Below are positions 1 through 10,729 of a DNA stretch of 64,000 nt, piece by piece (within the stretch, counting starts at the first letter, position 1; every line of letters begins with the position of its first letter). The notes under the pieces are model-generated. The model made no database searches. It was given only the letters and a program-made list of their open reading frames with translations, and had not been told where the DNA came from. Location of the stretch: the NCBI GenBank assembly GCA_963835195.1, contig CAWIEY010000016.1, positions 172,198-236,197 of the forward strand. The letters run 5' to 3'. The translations under genes and the position numbers were made by a program. The stretch comes from an uncultured Alphaproteobacteria bacterium (GTDB taxonomy: Bacteria > Pseudomonadota > Alphaproteobacteria > Rhizobiales > Xanthobacteraceae).

Positions 1-17
1 GCCGTTGGAACGGACGT

Positions 18-700
18 ATGAAGACGAATTTCGGCCGGATACGTCGCTTTGAGCCTGCTGTTGAGCGCAACGAGCGCGTTCGCCGCCGATCTTTCGTTGC
101 GCCCGCTTTACAAGGCGCCGCCGGCGCCGGCTCCGGCCTATGACTGGAGCGGGTTCTATGCCGGCCTCAATGGCGGCGGCGGGCTGGGGCAATTCGTGGT
201 GGAGCGCCAACTCGACCGGATTTCCGCTTGCCGGCGGACAGGCCGGCGGCACCGCCGGTTACAACTGGCAGACCGGCAACGTCGTCTTTGGCGTTGAAGG
301 CGATCTCGACTGGTCGGGTTTCAATGGCAGCGCCACCACGCCCGGTTGTCCCGCCGGTTGCAGCACCAGCGACAGCTGGCTCTCCACCGTGCGCGGACGC
401 GTCGGTTATTCGTTCGGCCGTATAATGCCTTATATCACCGGCGGTCTCGCCGTCGGCGACATCCGTGCGGCGACGCCGGGCTTTGCCGGCGGCACGGCCG
501 TCAATCCCGGGATGGACGGTCGGCGGCGGTATCGAATTCGCGTTGCCCGGCAATGGACCGCCAAGGCGGAATATCTGCACGTCGGTCTCGGCCACTTCGA
601 CTGCACCGGCTTGCAGCTGCTTTGCCGCCCGACAATGTCTCGCTGCAAGCGAAACGTGGTTCGCGCCGGCGTGGACTATCATTTCGGTTGGGCCAAGTAG
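18..700 (+). pseudogene. Outer-membrane beta-barrel protein (OmpA-like / Omp25-type porin family); reading frame broken about six times (pseudogene or assembly indels)
   Basis: ATG at 18 (MKTNFGRI). Signal peptide LSLLLSATSAFAADL and YDWSGFYAGLNGGGG are in ORF 49-297. GWGNSWW, GYNWQTGNVVFGVEGDLDWSG and STVRGRVGYSFGRIMPYITGGLAVGD are in ORF 140-700. GWTVGGGIEFALPGN is in ORF 465-707. PDNVSLQA is in ORF 346-741. The C-terminal end is VVRAGVDYHFGW. The conserved strands are spread over all three + frames. Confidence 0.7.
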
Positions 701-762
701 CCGTTAAGGCTTTCTTTACCGATAAAGCTCGGACAGCTTGAAGCATCGGCGGATGCAGACAC

Positions 763-812
763 TTTGCATTGAAACGCTTTGCATTAAGCATTCGAACATC
801 TGCATTAAGCAT
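763..812 (+). promoter_or_regulatory. AT-rich upstream region with direct repeats TGCATTAAGCAT x2 (780-791 and 801-812, 21-bp spacing) and a third TGCATT half-site (765-770)
   Basis: Read directly from the sequence. It lies ~150 bp upstream of the GGDEF gene start (960), in a locally AT-rich stretch of a GC-rich genome. Confidence 0.3.
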
Positions 813-959
813 GCCTGACGACGCTACAATTTTAGGCAATGTGGCAACGGGGCCGCAGGGATGCGGTGATAGTAACCACTTGCGATTGCTCGCCTGTCCG
901 GCATTTGGGGGACGGCATTCGGGGGAATGCAAGTGCCGACGGTCGCCGCGCCACATTTC

Positions 960-2150
960 ATGATTGATTTTCATACTTTGTTTGCCGTGACCGTTTTCAT
1001 TTCGGCCACGGCGGGCGTTTTGCTGCTCTTCGCCTGGCTGCAGAATCGCCGCACCACGGCGCTGGCGTGGTGGGGCATTGGTTATCTCTTCGGCGCCGCG
1101 GCTGCAGCCCTGCTTGCCGCCCCGCCACTGCTGCCGAGTGGGCGTAGCCTTCTGCGCAGGCAACGCGCTCCTCTGCAGCGCCTAGGACATGATGTGGGCG
1201 GGCGCGCGTTCGTTTGAAGCACGGCGGCCTTGGCTCCCGCTGTCGCTGCAGGCCCGATCATCTGGATCGCTGCCTTACCGGTTCGGCGGCATAGTGCACT
1301 CGCCGGCAGCTTGCGTTGTACTCGTGTCCGCCATTCTCGCGGCCTACTCATTGTTGGGCGCGCGCGAGATTTGGTCATGCCGTACGATCGCGAGCTGATC
1401 TCGCGCTGGCCGACCTTGGCGCTTGGTCGCTCGCGCATGCGGGATTTTTGCTGGCGCGGATACCATTCGCCCATGTGATCGCCGCCACCGTCGGCGAGCG
1501 GCCATCCGCAAAGCGCTGATCGTTCCGCTGATGGCTTTCCAGGCACTGTTCGTCACGCTTTGCTTGCCGTTTCTGCGCGTCGCCATGTCGAAAGAACGCG
1601 CCGAGCTCGAGCAGCGCAAAGCGGCGCTGACCGACCCGTTGACCGGCATCGCCAATCGCCGCGCGTTCTTCGAACGCGGCGTGCCGCTGCTCGCATGGGC
1701 GCAGAACCGATCGCCGTTCCGCGGCGCTGTTGCTGTTCGACCTCGATCGTTTCAAGGAGGTCAACGATACCGCCGGCCACCAGGCCGGAGATCGCGTGCT
1801 CAAGGCCTTCTGCGAGCTGGTCGCCACGCGCCATGCGGCCCGCGCGATCTGTTCGGGCGCCTGGGCGGCGAGGAATTTGCCTGCGTGTTGGCCGATGCCA
1901 GCATGGCGCAGGCGCTGCAAACCGCCGAACATTTGCGCGGCCGAGTTTGCCACGCTGCGGCTCGCCGGGGATCGACGCGCAGCCGACCGTCAGCGTCGGC
2001 GTCGCCATGGCCGGCGAAGCCGGCCGCACCTTGCCGGCGCTGCTGGCGACGGCCGACCGCGCGCTCTACCGCGCCAAGGCGGAAGGGCGCAACCGCGTCG
2101 TGCCGCGCGCCCCGCTGGTGGTCGTCGACGTCAATGAAGGCGAAACCTGA
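960..2150 (+). pseudogene. Membrane-anchored diguanylate cyclase (GGDEF domain); about five frameshifts (pseudogene or assembly indels)
   Basis: Membrane N-terminus MIDFHTLFAVTVFISATAGVLLLFAWLQNRR is in ORF 927-1217. Catalytic pieces lie in three frames. [26 protein letters not shown] and [16 protein letters not shown] are in ORF 1423-2205. [27 protein letters not shown] is in ORF 1730-2137. [27 protein letters not shown] is in ORF 1560-2150. Confidence 0.8.
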
Positions 2151-2282
2151 CGCGCCGCATCCGCGACCGCGCCGCCGCGCTGCGCCGATTCCCGCCGCCG
2201 GCTGAGCGCATTTCGCCGTTTGGCGCGCGCCCCCGCGGCGCAAGTGGTAGGGTTGCCGCTTATCCCGAGCCAAGACCGCCTC

Positions 2283-3471
2283 ATGTCCGACACTGCCTCG
2301 CGTCCGGCGCCCTCGCCGCCGCCGCAACAGACAGACCCTTATGCGGCATTGCGCGCACTGTTGCGCGCCGGGCGGAATGACGAAGCGATCGTCCGGCTGT
2401 GCGCGCTGACGGTGACGCGGCCCGACGATCTCGTGGCCAAGGAGCTGTTGTTCGATGCGTTCTTATCAGAAGCGCGACTGTCCGCCGGCCTTGGCGCTGA
2501 TCGAAGAATTGGTCCGCCGCCAGCCGGACAATCCCCGCCTGCAGCAAGGCAAATGATCGCCACTCTGAACAACATGAAGCGCTACGACGAAGGCGATCGC
2601 GCTGGCGGCCCGGTTTGTCGAGCGGCACGGTGAGGACCTGACAATCCTCGACGCGCTCAAGGTCGCGAACTTCTATACCGGCAAGATCGACGAGGCGATC
2701 CGCTACGGCCAGCGCGGCATCGAAATGCGCGACGTGGAAGCCTGCCGCAATTGCCGCCGCCATGATCTTGAACGAACCGCGCCACGCCGCCGGCCGGCGA
2801 CAACGTCATCTCGTTTTCGCTCTGGGGCACGCAGCCGTTCTACGGCTATGGCGCCATGATCAATCTCGTGCTCAGCCGCGTCATTTATCCGGGCTGGAGC
2901 TGCCGCTTCTATGTCGGCGCCGACGTGCCGCGCGCCTGCGTCGGTTTTCTCGCCGACAATGGCGCCGACATGCGCAAGATCGAGGACGAATATCCCGGCG
3001 TCGGCCTGTTCCAGCGCTTCCTGGTGATGAACGACCGCGCCGTCGGCCGTTTCTTGGTGCGCGATTGCGACGCGCGGCTGTCGGCGGCCGAAGCCGACCT
3101 GGTCCGGCAATGGATCGATTCGCGGTTATCCGTTCCACGTCGGTGCGCGACCACGTGCTGCACAACGAACTCATGATCGGCTGCCTGTGGGGCGGACGCA
3201 CCGATTGCGGCATCGATATCGTCGCGCTGATGCGCCGTTATTTCGGCCCGGCGCCGACGCGCGAAATACGGCCACGACCAGCGCATGCTCGGCCGGCTGC
3301 TGTGGCCGATGATCCGCAGCCGCTGCCTGGTGCACGACAAATATTACCGGCTTGCCGGCGTGCACGCGCGTCGCGCTGACCGATCCGCAAAGCCATTTCG
3401 GCGCCGGCCATCAGAACATCGCCGCGGTGCGCGCCGAGGCGGAGAAGCTCGGCATTCCGCGGATGCTGTGA
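2283..3471 (+). pseudogene. TPR-like N-terminus fused to a putative DxD glycosyltransferase-like domain; multiple frameshifts
   Basis: MSDTASRP..DPYAALRALLRAGRNDEAIVRLCALTV is in ORF 2220-2633. LWGTQPFYGYGAMINLVLSRVIYPGWSCRFYVGADVP..FLVRDCDARLSAAEADLV is in the frame of ORF 2856-3176. VRDHVLHNELMIGCLWGGRTDCGIDIV is in ORF 2762-3379. MLGRLLWPMIRSRCLVHDKYYRLAGVHA is in ORF 3285-3515. The end is ..HFGAGHQNIAAVRAEAEKLGIPRML with stop at 3469-3471. The family assignment is weak. Confidence 0.45.
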
Positions 3472-3484
3472 TCGTCTGCATCCT

Positions 3485-3509
3485 GCCCCGCGAAGCGGGG
3501 GCGGATAAA
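3485..3509. terminator. Hairpin GCCCCGCGAAGCGGGGGCGGATAA between convergent gene ends; second copy at 19876-19900
   Basis: 6-bp GC stem CCCCGC/GCGGGG with a 3-nt loop. It sits in the 40-bp gap between stop 3471 (+) and stop 3512 (-). No clear T-tract follows. Confidence 0.35.
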
Positions 3510-5544
3510 TTTTAATGCAGATGCGCGAGGCTCACGAGGTGCGCGTGCCACTGCGCGCCGATCTGGCCGGCGACATCATGGTGGCCGAGATCGATGGAAT
3601 CGCCGGCTTGTCCGTCGGCGGCGAAAACGGATTGCGCCAGCGGCGTTGTGTGAACACTACTGATGCTTCCGAGAGCCAAAGCGTCGGTCGGCGCACGGAA
3701 ATAGCTGGTCGGCTCGGCGCCCATGCCCGGATGGAACACAAAGCTGTCGTTGCCAGCACCGCCGATGGAGACGGACGGGCCCGACGGCGTGGAGGAATCG
3801 GCAGACGGCGGATCAGTGACGATCGTATAGCCGTTATAGCCGTTCTGGCCGTTATCGCCGGGAGCGTGGACAATCAGCGTCCCGTTGAAGTCAACAAACG
3901 TCAGGGTAACCGTCGAGTTTCCCTGTGCGAGCACCAGCACCTGGTTGTTGCCGGAGGGCGTGTCCGACTGTTCGGTCCAGTTGCCCGCGAACGCAATCAC
4001 GTCCGAACTCGACGGACTCCCGGCACCGGTTCCGGTGAAATCGTTGACGGTGGCGCTGAAGTCTACCTGACTGCCAAAAAGGATTGCCCCATACGTCGTC
4101 GGACCGTGGCCGTTGTCGAAGGTGATTTGGCTGGGGGTTGCTCCGGCGGCGAAATCGAGAACCGCACCGCCGTCGATGGTGGTGCTTCCGGTACCGGTGA
4201 CGGCGCCGGAGAGGTCCAACGTGCCGAGGGTGGCCGTAACATTCCCCGCGTTGTTGACCGGGCTCGATATCGTGCCGTAGCCTTCGAGCTCGGCGCCGCT
4301 TGCGACCGCGATGGAAGCCGCGCTCAGCGTTCCGCCGTCAAGATCGAACGTCCCGGCATTGACGGTGAGCGCGCCGCTCAAGGTCAACGATCCTTCATCG
4401 GTGACCGTAGCGCCGCCCGCGTTGATGACGAGCGATGTTGCGGCGACCGCATCCGACGCCGAAATGTCCACCGTGTAGGTGCCGCTGGCATCGACGACGG
4501 CGTCGTCGATGGAGGTCGGCGCCGCGCCGAAACTCCAGTCGCCGGCTGTGGACCAGTCGGCCGAACCGCCGACCCAGTGATCCACCGGCTCGGCCGATTG
4601 CGCGGTGACGCCGAGCACGATCGGAACGTCGGAGCCGCCCGCCTGAAAGCCGAGATCGGTAATGATGATCTTGGTCAGCGTCTGCGAGGCGAAGGCCCCA
4701 CTGAGCATAAAATTCTGCTCGTCGATGTTGTAGGTGCCGAATTCGCCGTCGCTCGAGTTTCCCGTCGCCGCGCCGCCAACCGTGTTGGTGACGGTGAATG
4801 CGTTCTCTGTGGTCGTACCGTTGATACTGTTGGCAAAGCCGCCCTGATAGAAGTCGCGGACGTTCGTGCCATTGACGAGATCGAAGGTTTCCGTAGCGCC
4901 ATTGCTGCCGACAAACTCGACAGTCGCGATTTCAAAGCCGTTCTGCGGTGCGTAGGCGTTGATCAGCGTATAGACGTTGGTCGCATCCGGAATGGCCACG
5001 TTGATGGTGAGCGTGCTGCCGTGGGTGAATCCATCGTAGAAATTATTGCCATGGTTATTGGTCGTAATATCGAAGGGCGTGGCAAGCGCATTCGCCGCAG
5101 TGAATACCCCACTCGGGAACTGGCTGATCAAAGCATTTTGGATGTTGTTGCTCTTGGAGAAGTCGGTCACGTAGGTGTATTGGCTATCGGCTGGCGGGGC
5201 GACATCGATATTGAGCGTGGCGCTATTTGACGCCAGCGCTCCGTCGCCGGCGGTGAAGCTCAGCGTGTCGGTGCCGGTGAAGCCATTCGCCGGCGCATAG
5301 GACAGGCCGGCGAGCGCACTATCGATCGCGGTCGCGGTGCCGGTCAGCGACAAGACATCGGTGCCGACGCCGTTTTCGATAACGCCGGTCTGGGCGCCGA
5401 CCGACAGTGTGCCGTCGGCGACGCTGAGCGTGGCCGTAATGGTGTCGCTGACATCGAGCTCGGAGACGTTAACGGCGCTCAAGGCCACTGCGGTGTTTTC
5501 GATGGTGTTGGCGGCAGTAGACGGGACCGCGAGCGTCGGGGCGG

Positions 5545-6185
5545 CCAAAGTGAAATTGCTGATCGTCTGATCTGAGACCGAGCCACCGGTGCCGGCAGTG
5601 AAGCCGGCATAGGCGGAGTGGGAACCTAAAATTTGCGCGAGATCGACGTTGTGGTAGGTGATCGAAAAAGTCTGGCCGTTGACCGTATCGGTCAAGGTCT
5701 CGCTCAGGGTTTCGGCATTGCCGTTGTAGCTCAGCACCACTTGAATGGTGTCATCGGTGTCCCAGAAATCCACCGGGAGCGTAGACGTATAGAATCCCGG
5801 GTTGTCGTATCCCGTGGTGCCGTCGGTTGCGAACGTGGTACCCTGAGTGTGCTGATTATAGATATTGAATTCGACCGCGGCGCTCGGATCGGGGATGCCA
5901 TAGTAACCAAGCCCGCTGCCGCCATGATCCTGATTTCCCACCGCAGAAGGGCCGGCCTCCTGTAGGACAAAGGCCATCCCGTCGGCCTGCCCGTTCGCCT
6001 GGTAATCGAAGGAGGCCGTGAAGTTGTCGACCGACACCTTCGTGTTCGTGAACCAGCTGGTACTTTCGCTGCTCTGAGAGTCCGTGAGTTGGATCACACT
6101 TCCGTCGGGGCTGGTCTGCGGCGCATAGACACCATTGTTGTTGGACGTCCCGGCGGCGTTGAAGGAAATGTAGTTGAAATTGACG
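5545..6185 (-). other. Legume-lectin / ConA-like domain inside the giant protein
   Basis: The span is FNYISFNAAGTSNNNG ... ISNFTL. It carries the three classical lectin blocks DGMAFVLQ, AAVEFNIYN and AYAGFTAGTGG. Confidence 0.65.
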
Positions 6186-6869
6186 TCCGTGCCGCCGGTA
6201 CCGCCGAAAGCATTGCTGCCATCGCTCGCCAGCGCAAACTCGTTTTGGGTGTAAACGCCGCTGAGGTTGATCGTTTCCGCCGGCTGCGTGCCGTTGCTGA
6301 TGACGAGCGTACCACCGGTGTTGGTGTTATTTTCTGTCCAGATCGCGGTCTCGCCTAGGGAGTAAGCATAGTTGGTCAGGTCGACCGTGTCGCCCGCGCC
6401 GAAATTGCCGATCGTTCCAGCGTAGGCGGCGGCGAGTTCGAGCGCCCCGGCATCAGCGCCTTGGAACGTCACATTTTGATTGAACGTACCCTGGAAATCG
6501 GCGGTGCCGCCACCCGTGATCACGACATTGCCGCTGCCGCCGAAGGTGACGTCAGCGGCGACAGTAAGCGTGGCGCCATTGACTTCGACGGTCCCGGAGT
6601 TGGTCACCGCGACGTTTTCAATGCTGGCACCGCCGTTGTCGACGAGAAGCTCGCCGTTTTGTCCAACCGTGAGTGTGCCGCCGCCGTCGCCGCTGATCGT
6701 GGTACCGTCGTTCAGCTCAAGCGTGACAATGGCGCCGGTGGCGAGATCGACATTGATGGCGCCGTTGTCGATGACGCTGACGCCATCGAGCGTAGCGCCA
6801 GGACCGTATGAGCCGTATTCGACTTGCAGCGTGTTGTCAGCGTTGATCGTGAGCGTGCCGCCGTCGCCG

Positions 6870-7745
6870 TAAATGTAGGCGCCGTCTGTTAGCGTGAGGA
6901 CCGCGCCGGAGGCCACGTCGCCGACATCAAGCGCCCCGAAGTCGTTGACATAGAGCCCGTCGAACGTCGCGCCGAGACCGTTGCTGCCGGCCTCGACATC
7001 GACGCTGGCGTTGATGGTCAGCGTGCCGCCGTCGCCGAAGACGGTCGTGCCATCAGTCAGCGTGAGGATCGCTCCGGAACTCACGTCACCGACATCGAAC
7101 GCGCCGTACACGTTCACAGAGACGCCGTCGAGCGTTGGATCGTTGTTGTTGTTCTGGCCGTCCGGTTCGATATCCAGCGTACTGCCGGCATGAATATTGA
7201 TCTGACCGACGCCGTTGCCGTAAACGGTAGTGCCGTCATCGAGGGTCAGGATTGCGCCGGAGTTCACATCGCCGACATCGAGTGAACCGGAATCGTAAAC
7301 AACAAGGTCGTCGAGCGTAGCACCGGACCCTGTATTGCCGCTTTCGACGTCCACGGTATCGCCGGGATTGATCGTCAGGCTACCGGCGCCGTCGCCGAAG
7401 ACGGTCGTGCCATCAGTCAGCGTGAGGATTGCTCCGGAATTCACGTCACCGACATCGAACGCGCCGTATACGTTCACAGAGACGCCGTCGAGCGTTGGAT
7501 CGTTGTTGTTGTTCTGGCCGTCCGGTTCGATATCCAGCGTGCTGCCGGCGTGAATGTTGATCTGACCGATGCCTTCGCCGTAAACGTAGGCGCCGTCGGT
7601 CAGCGTGAGGACCGCGCCGGAGGCCACATCGCCGACATCAAGTGCGCCGAAGTCGTTGACATAGAGCCCGTCGAACGTCGCGCCGAGACCGTTGCTGCCA
7701 GCCTCGACATCGACGGTGGCGTTGATGGTCAGCGTGCCAGCATCG
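6870..7745 (-). repeat. Near-identical intragenic DNA repeats in the beta-helix-like region (about 7031-7210 vs 7391-7570, offset 360 bp; about 6901-7030 vs 7612-7745)
   Basis: Direct comparison of the sequence lines. Only a few mismatches over ~180 bp. The repeats encode GQINIHAGSTLDIEPDGQNNNNDPTLDGVSVNVYGAFDVGDV.SGAILTLTDGTTVFGDG twice. Confidence 0.85.
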
Positions 7746-8199
7746 CCGTTGCCGAAAATTGTAGCGCCGTCGTCCAGCGTAAGAATCGTTCCCGACGGGT
7801 TGCTGACGTCGGCAATGAAGAACTCTTCAGAAGAGCCCGAGCCGACAGTAATGACGCCATTGTCGGTTACAGCGAGCCCGTCGAGCGTTGCACTCGATCC
7901 GTCGGTCCCGATATTGACTTCGCCGCCCCTGCTGATTGTCAGCATCCCTACGCCGTCTCCGACGACGCTGGTGCCATCGTCCAGCGCGAGGATGGCACCC
8001 GAACTCATCACCTGGATCGTGCCGTGATCGGTGACGTCTACCCCGCTAAGAGTGACCGCAGTGTCGTATGGAATAGTAGGCGTGCCACTATTAATCACCG
8101 CCTGCTCGCCAGAAGTCGGCGGCGCGCCTAAGCTCCAATTGCCGCCGGTCGACCACGCTCCGTCTGCCGGGCCCTGCCACGTGTCGGCCGTCGAATTGA

Positions 8200-8847
8200 C
8201 GGTCAGTGTGTAGTTTTCCGTCGCCGGCGCCGAGGCGCCTTCCGTCGTCGCCGAGATCGACAGCGCGAAGGTGCCGTGCCCCCCGGCATCAAAAGTGAGC
8301 GCATTGAACGCCGCCGCACTGCCGGTCCAGGTGCCGGTGCTCGCCGTATAGGTGCCGCCGTTGAAGCTCGCCGCATTGAGATCGTGCGGCAGTCCGGTGA
8401 TGGTGACGTTGCCGAGCGTATCGTCGGCAAACGCCGCGCTGTCAGTCGCGCCGAGCGTTACCAGCCCGCCTTCATTCACAGTCGCAGAGGTGTCGCCGCC
8501 AAGGACCGGCGACGCCGGATTGACGGTCAGTGTGTAGTTTTCCGTCGCCGGCGCCGAAGCGCCCTGCGTCGTCGCCGAGATCGATAGCGTGAAGGTGCCG
8601 TGCCCTCCGGCATCAAAAGTGAGCGCATTGAACTGCGCCGCCGTGCCCACCCAGGTGCCGGTGCTCGCGGTGTAGGTGCCGCCGTTGAAGCTCGCCGCAT
8701 TCAGATTGTGCGGCAGCCCGGTGATGGTGACATTGCCGAGCGCGTCATCGGCAAACGCTGCGCTGTCGGTGGCCGCAAGCGTCACCAGTCCGCCTTCATT
8801 GACCGTCGCCGAGGTGTGACCGCTTAGGACCGGTGGCGCGGCGTTGA
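8200..8847 (-). repeat. Two tandem 324-bp (108-aa) units in the giant gene
   Basis: VL(S/G)G(H/D)TSATVNEGGLVTL.ATDSAAFADD.LGNVTITGLPH.LNAASFNGGTYTASTGTW.G.AA.FNALTFDAGGHGTF.LSISATT.GASAPATENYTLTVN occurs twice. The DNA offset is exactly 324 bp. Confidence 0.85.
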
Positions 8848-10729
8848 CCGTTACGCTCTCGGTCGCCGGAACGGTGTATTCGTAGCCGTTACCGTCGGTG
8901 GCGGTGGCCAGCACCGACAAGCTGAACACTGTGTCGTTCGCCGGGGTGATCGAAAGGCCTTTGAGGGCTCCGTCAGCGATCTGGGTGGCGTCGAACGTGA
9001 TGCTGCCGTTGGTGACGGTGATGTCGCCGTTGCTGTTGGAGAGCGTCGCGCCGTTCGGAATGCCGCTGAGCGTAAACGACGTCAGCGTCGCGCCGCCCGA
9101 CAGCGTCTCGGTCACATCAAGCAGGATGGCGGAACCTTCAGTGCCGGTCACCGGCGACGTGGAGACGCGAGCACCTGCGGCAGGACGGCGAGATCGGTGC
9201 CGGTGCCGCCGTCGCTCTTGAAAGCGAATGTGTCGCCGGCGGGTAGGCGGGAGACGGTGAAGGTCACCGGCGTGCCGTTGACCATGAGCGTTGAGCCGTC
9301 TGACCTCCGCCGGCGGTCACGGTCGTGCCGGCGAGATCGATGACGGCGCCCGCCGCAAGCGTGACGTTGCCGGTAAAATCCGAACCGGCGTCGAGCTGAG
9401 CGTGCCGGACCCGAGGAAGGCAAACGCTTGCGCGTCGGTCGCGCCAATTTCGAACGTCCCACCGCCACTGACCGAAGCCGATCCGGAGCCAGTGACGGCG
9501 GCGGCGACATCGAGACGTTCCGCCTTTGGCTTGCAGCTTGCCGGAATTCGCCAACGCATCGTCGATAGTGAGCGTGCCCGCCGCCGGTCGCTTCGAAGAG
9601 CGCCGGCATTGCTCGTTTGATTGCCGGTGTTGATGACAATCGGCTGGCCGCTGGCGTCGGCATTGACGGTTCCGGCCGCGTCGTTGACGAAGGTCAGATG
9701 GCCGTCGCCCTGCCCGATCACGCCGGCGCCGCTGATGGTGTTGTTGAAGTTGATCAGCGTCGCGCCGGTACCGGCTACCCCGATAATCACGTTGGCGGTG
9801 CTGGCGCCGAGCATGGTGACGACGCCGCCGCCGGAGGCCGTTACCGAGCCGCTGATGTACAGCGGCGGATCGTCGAGCACGATGCGTGCCGGAATTGTTG
9901 ATGTTGCCGGCAATGGTGAACGAACCGCCGGCCACAATATCGAGAGTGGCGCCCGCAGCCGATGACCAGCCCGGCCGCCGAATTCAGCGCTGCTCAGCGT
10001 GACGGTGACCGGTTGCAGAATTTGCACCGTGGTGCCGGTTCCGGGAATAAAGCCGTCGCTCCAATTGCTGGCCGAATCCCAATTGCCGCCGGAAGTGGAA
10101 ACCCATTGCACAATTGAAGTCGGACCGGCCGATATCGGCAGGGTGAAGGGAGTCGTAATACCGCCGATCGGCGCAGCGCCCCCGAGCAGCGCGCCGGATG
10201 GCCCGCCGCCGCCAACGTTCAGCGCCAGTTGCGTGCCGCCGATCTGCCCTAGCCCCTGCCCGCCGCTGTTGAGATCATTGGCGGCCGTCGAACTGCCGAC
10301 CGAACCGGGCGCCGATTGCGGCTGCGCATTGGCGTGATCGTTGGTGCCGCCCTCCAGTTGCTGAATGAAAGGATCTTGCTGCCCCTGGGTGAACGTGGAG
10401 TACGCGCTTTGAAACGCGCTTTGCAGTTGCGCCATCTGCGCCGGCGTATTGGCAACTGCGTCGACGCCCACTGTGCCGCCGCCGTGCGGCCGCAGCACGA
10501 TGGTGACGCTCGGATCGTCGACGACAATGATCCGCGGATGAGCCTCTTTGGTGCGGATCTCGAAGACGCCGTGCTTGAGATCCTTGTAATCGATGGTACC
10601 GTCATCAAGGAGCCCGATGTCGGCGCTCGCGGCCTTCAGATCGTGAATGAGCCCCAAGGTGAGCGCGCCGAAGGTGAGGCTGCCGATGCCCATCGCCGGC
10701 GCGCTCGCTGTGAATGCGGCCGACCGGCG

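Noticed and set aside
3515-5230. 571-aa plus-strand ORF, plus many 60-190-aa ORFs at 5337-9221, overlapping the giant gene
   Set aside because: These are antisense shadows of a GC-rich repetitive gene. Their translations are Arg/Gly/Asp/Val-rich low-information strings with no recognisable motif. The minus-strand frame carries clear domain signatures.
9149-9151. GTG 'start' of the 1879-aa ORF as the true start of the giant protein
   Set aside because: The sequence immediately upstream continues the same repeat protein in another frame (..DGSTLMVNGTPVTFTVSRLPAGDTFAFKSDGGTGTDLAVLPQ). The ORF boundary is therefore a frameshift, not an initiation site.
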